DNA of 64,000 nucleotides from Escherichia coli (GTDB lineage Bacteria > Pseudomonadota > Gammaproteobacteria > Enterobacterales > Enterobacteriaceae). Of the stretch, positions 61,419 to 64,000 are shown piece by piece. The notes under the pieces were generated by a model. That model saw nothing but the letters and a program-made list of their open reading frames with translations, made no database searches and was not told the origin of the DNA. The translations under genes and the position numbers were made by a program. Location of the stretch: NCBI RefSeq assembly GCF_024223415.1, contig NZ_CP100500.1. The stretch is one strand, 5' to 3'. Every line of letters starts with the position of its first letter. The stretch's first letter is position 1.

Positions 61419-61555
61419 ACAAAACAGAGAAGAGCATCACCGGACGACGGGCTCATAACCCAATCCATCCGGGCGGCAGTCACCGCAGGTGTTCTTCTCT
61501 GTTTTGTGGAGAAACTAACCGACCTTGCAGGGTCGATATGATGAGGAGCAGCAAA

Positions 61556-61918
61556 ATGGCTAGCGAACGCAGTACTGATGTGCAGGCATTTATCGGGGAG
61601 CTGGACGGCGGCGTATTTGAAACCAAAATCGGCGCAGTTCTCAGTGAAGTCGCTTCCGGTGTGATGAACACGAAAACCAAAGGTAAGGTCTCGCTCAACC
61701 TAGAAATCGAACCGTTTGATGAGAACCGAGTGAAAATCAAACACAAACTCTCATATGTTCGCCCGACTAACCGCGGGAAAATTTCCGAAGAAGACACCAC
61801 CGAAACGCCGATGTATGTCAATCGCGGTGGTCGCCTGACTATTCTGCAGGAAGACCAGGGACAATTACTGACTCTTGCCGGTGAGCCTGACGGAAAACTC
61901 CGCGCAGCAGGTCGTTAA
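61556..61918 (+). CDS. hypothetical early protein (YfdP-like, unverified)
   Basis: 121 aa from ATG with RBS gaggag; the upstream in-frame extension to 61238 is Arg-rich and judged non-coding. Confidence 0.55.
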   Translation: MASERSTDVQAFIGELDGGVFETKIGAVLSEVASGVMNTKTKGKVSLNLEIEPFDENRVKIKHKLSYVRPTNRGKISEEDTTETPMYVNRGGRLTILQEDQGQLLTLAGEPDGKLRAAGR

Positions 61919-61983
61919 TATCGTTCTTAATAAACTGATTATTTATCTCATCACTGAATATCTTTATATAGTGAGGACTTATT

Positions 61984-62808
61984 ATGTCTCAGAACTTAGA
62001 CGCAACCGCAATTAATCAAATCCATGCCCTTATTTCTGCTCAGGGTGTTAATGAAATTATCAGTAAGATTGGTGCCGATGCTGTGGCATTGCCTGAGAAT
62101 TTCCGCATTCATGATCTGGAAAAACTTAATTTAAATCGCTTCCGTTTCCGTGGTGCGCTTTCCACTGCCAGCATCGATGACTTTACCCGTTATTCTAAAG
62201 ATCTTGCAGATGAAGGCACCCGCTGCTTTATCGATGCCGATAATATGCGAGCCGTCAGTGTGCTTAACCTGGGTACTATTGATGAACCAGGTCACGCAGA
62301 TAACACCGCCACTCTCAAACTGAAAAAGACAGCACCGTTCTCTGCCCTGTTGTCTGTTAACGGCGAGCGTAACTCCCAGAAGTCACTGGCAGAATGGATT
62401 GAAGACTGGGCCGACTACCTTGTGGGCTTTGATGCTAATGGTGACGCCATTCAGGCAACCAAAGCGGCTGCGGCGATCCGTAAAATCACAATTGAAGCGA
62501 ACCAGACCGCTGATTTTGAAGATAATGACTTCAGCGGCAAACGCTCCCTGATGGAGTCTGTCGAAGCGAAGACCAAAGACATTATGCCAGTGGCATTTGA
62601 ATTTAAATGCGTTCCGTTTGAAGGTCTGAAAGAACGTCCGTTTAAATTACGCCTCAGCATTATCACTGGCGATCGTCCTGTACTGGTACTACGCATTATT
62701 CAGCTGGAAGCAGTGCAGGAGGAAATGGCTAACGAATTTCGTGATCTGCTTGTTGAGAAGTTCAAAGACAGCAAAGTAGAAACCTTTATTGGTACTTTCA
62801 CCGCCTGA
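61984..62808 (+). CDS. DUF2303-family protein (YfdQ-like)
   Basis: 274 aa; resembles CPS-53 prophage YfdQ by length and composition; followed by yfdR-like gene. Confidence 0.6.
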   Translation: MSQNLDATAINQIHALISAQGVNEIISKIGADAVALPENFRIHDLEKLNLNRFRFRGALSTASIDDFTRYSKDLADEGTRCFIDADNMRAVSVLNLGTIDEPGHADNTATLKLKKTAPFSALLSVNGERNSQKSLAEWIEDWADYLVGFDANGDAIQATKAAAAIRKITIEANQTADFEDNDFSGKRSLMESVEAKTKDIMPVAFEFKCVPFEGLKERPFKLRLSIITGDRPVLVLRIIQLEAVQEEMANEFRDLLVEKFKDSKVETFIGTFTA

Positions 62809-62936
62809 TTTCATTACTGCAAATGCCCCTGCGGGGGCATTTATGGAAACGTAATTGACTCAATATTCGCCTGATGGCGAGGTTTTTCTTTAACCAAATT
62901 TCAGCGCGGTGCAGCGCATATAACGTGGAGAACAAA

Positions 62937-63473
62937 ATGTCATTTATTAAAACTTTTTCCGGGAAGCATTTTTATTATGACAGGATAAATAAAGACAACA
63001 TCGATATTAACGATATCGCGGTTTCCCTTTCAAATATCTGTCGCTTTGCAGGACATCTTTCACACTTCTACAGCGTCGCCCAACATGCGGTGCTTTGCAG
63101 CCAGCTGGTACCGCAGGAATTTGCTTTTGAAGCGTTAATGCATGATGCAACAGAAGCTTATTGTCAGGACATCCCCGCGCCACTGAAACGCCTTCTTCCT
63201 GACTATAAACGGATGGAAGAAAAAATAGACGCCGTAATCCGTGAGAAATACGGGTTACCCCCGGTTATGAGCACGCCTGTGAAATATGCCGATCTCATCA
63301 TGCTGGCAACCGAACGCCGCGATCTCGGGCTTGATGATGGCTCTTTCTGGCCTGTACTGGAAGGCATCCCGGCAACAGAGATGTTCAACGTGATTCCACT
63401 GGCACCGGGCCATGCCTACGGGATGTTTATGGAACGTTTTAACGAGTTATCGGAGTTACGCAAATGCGCATGA
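62937..63473 (+). CDS. HD-domain phosphohydrolase (YfdR-like 5'-deoxynucleotidase)
   Basis: Start at internal ATG (MSFIKTFSGKHFYYDR); HD-motif residues (HD at MHDATEAY, downstream His/Asp); track ORF 62874..63473. Confidence 0.65.
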   Translation: MSFIKTFSGKHFYYDRINKDNIDINDIAVSLSNICRFAGHLSHFYSVAQHAVLCSQLVPQEFAFEALMHDATEAYCQDIPAPLKRLLPDYKRMEEKIDAVIREKYGLPPVMSTPVKYADLIMLATERRDLGLDDGSFWPVLEGIPATEMFNVIPLAPGHAYGMFMERFNELSELRKCA

Positions 63474-63742
63474 ATGTTTTCGAAATGGAAGGGTTTCTTC
63501 GTGGGAGATGTGTACCGCGAGATCTGAAAGTGAATGAAACAGATGCTGAATACCTAGTGCGCAAATTCGATGCGCTTGAAGCTAAATGTGCAGCACAGGA
63601 AAACAAAGCAATACCAGTGTCAACTGAACTGCCACCAGCAAATGAAAGTGTTTTGTTATTCGATGCTAACGGAGAAGGCTGGCTAATTGGCTGGTGTTCT
63701 CTCTGGTACACCTGGGGACAAAAAGAAACCGGAGAATGGTAG
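63464..63742 (+). CDS. hypothetical early protein
   Basis: 92 aa; start overlaps yfdR-like stop. Confidence 0.45.
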   Translation: MRMNVFEMEGFLRGRCVPRDLKVNETDAEYLVRKFDALEAKCAAQENKAIPVSTELPPANESVLLFDANGEGWLIGWCSLWYTWGQKETGEW

Positions 63743-63825
63743 TGGACATTTCAGGTCGGGGACCTTGAAAACGTCAATATCACTCACTGGGCAGTAATGC
63801 CAAAAGCACCGGAGGCTGGAGCATA

Positions 63826-64000
63826 ATGACCACATTTACCAATAAAGGACTGATTAAAGAAATCAAAGAACGAATCAGCAGCCTAGATGTTCGAGACGAT
63901 ATTGAGCGCCGTGCTTATGAAATCGCACTCGTATCTCTGGAAGTAGAGCCAGATGAACGCGAAGCCTATGAATTATTCATGGAAAAGCGTTTCGGTGACT
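63826..64000 (+). CDS. hypothetical early protein, 5' part (continues beyond window)
   Basis: ATG at 63826 after RBS ggaggctggagcATAATG; frame open to window end (MTTFTNKGLIKEIKERISS...). Confidence 0.4.
   Translation, partial: MTTFTNKGLIKEIKERISSLDVRDDIERRAYEIALVSLEVEPDEREAYELFMEKRFGD

Noticed and set aside
61200-61510. Retron msr/msd non-coding RNA (because of flanking inverted repeats)
   Set aside because: No reverse transcriptase gene follows; the downstream genes are yfdP/yfdQ-like early genes.

Overview
The window reads as an Escherichia coli-type chromosomal segment, in reverse orientation relative to the K-12 map, with three parts. (1) Positions 1-712 are the 3' end of the copper sensor kinase gene cusS. 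(2) Positions ~713-13400 are a type VI secretion (T6SS) effector island that K-12 lacks at this position (from memory of K-12 gene order): vgrG, a DUF1795/Eag-type chaperone, a prePAAR-PAAR-Rhs polymorphic toxin whose C-terminal domain carries deaminase-like zinc motifs, its putative immunity gene, an orphan Rhs C-terminal cassette with an AHH-type nuclease motif plus immunity gene, a further truncated rhs fragment, and an ISAs1-family (H-repeat) transposase. (3) After the core genes nfrB-nfrA-ybcH-envY, a 3' fragment of tRNA-Arg (argU) at ~20598-20645 marks the end of a large lambdoid prophage at the DLP12 site that fills the rest of the window. The prophage carries ompT, appY and a ybcY-like methyltransferase as cargo, a lambda-like tail module (tfa, stf, lom, J, I, K, L, M, H, G/GT, V, U, Z), a head module (protease-capsid fusion, portal, W, terminase), a phage-21-like lysis cassette interrupted by extra ORFs, a cargo cluster between Q and the holin (AraC-type regulator, DUF523/DUF1722 protein, Blc-like lipocalin), a nin-like region (rusA, Dam-like methyltransferase), a replication gene with internal iterons, a cro/cI immunity region, and the start of a leftward operon. 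I did not find a complete system I can call new with confidence. The strongest candidates for follow-up are the Rhs deaminase-like toxin/immunity pair, an oppositely oriented zinc-ribbon gene beside cI, and a GC-rich structured non-coding region in the leftward-operon leader of a prophage with no recognisable N gene. All family assignments are from reading the translations and from memory; no database search was run. The provided ORF track uses longest-ORF starts, so where a gene start is trimmed the internal start I chose is stated in the evidence.
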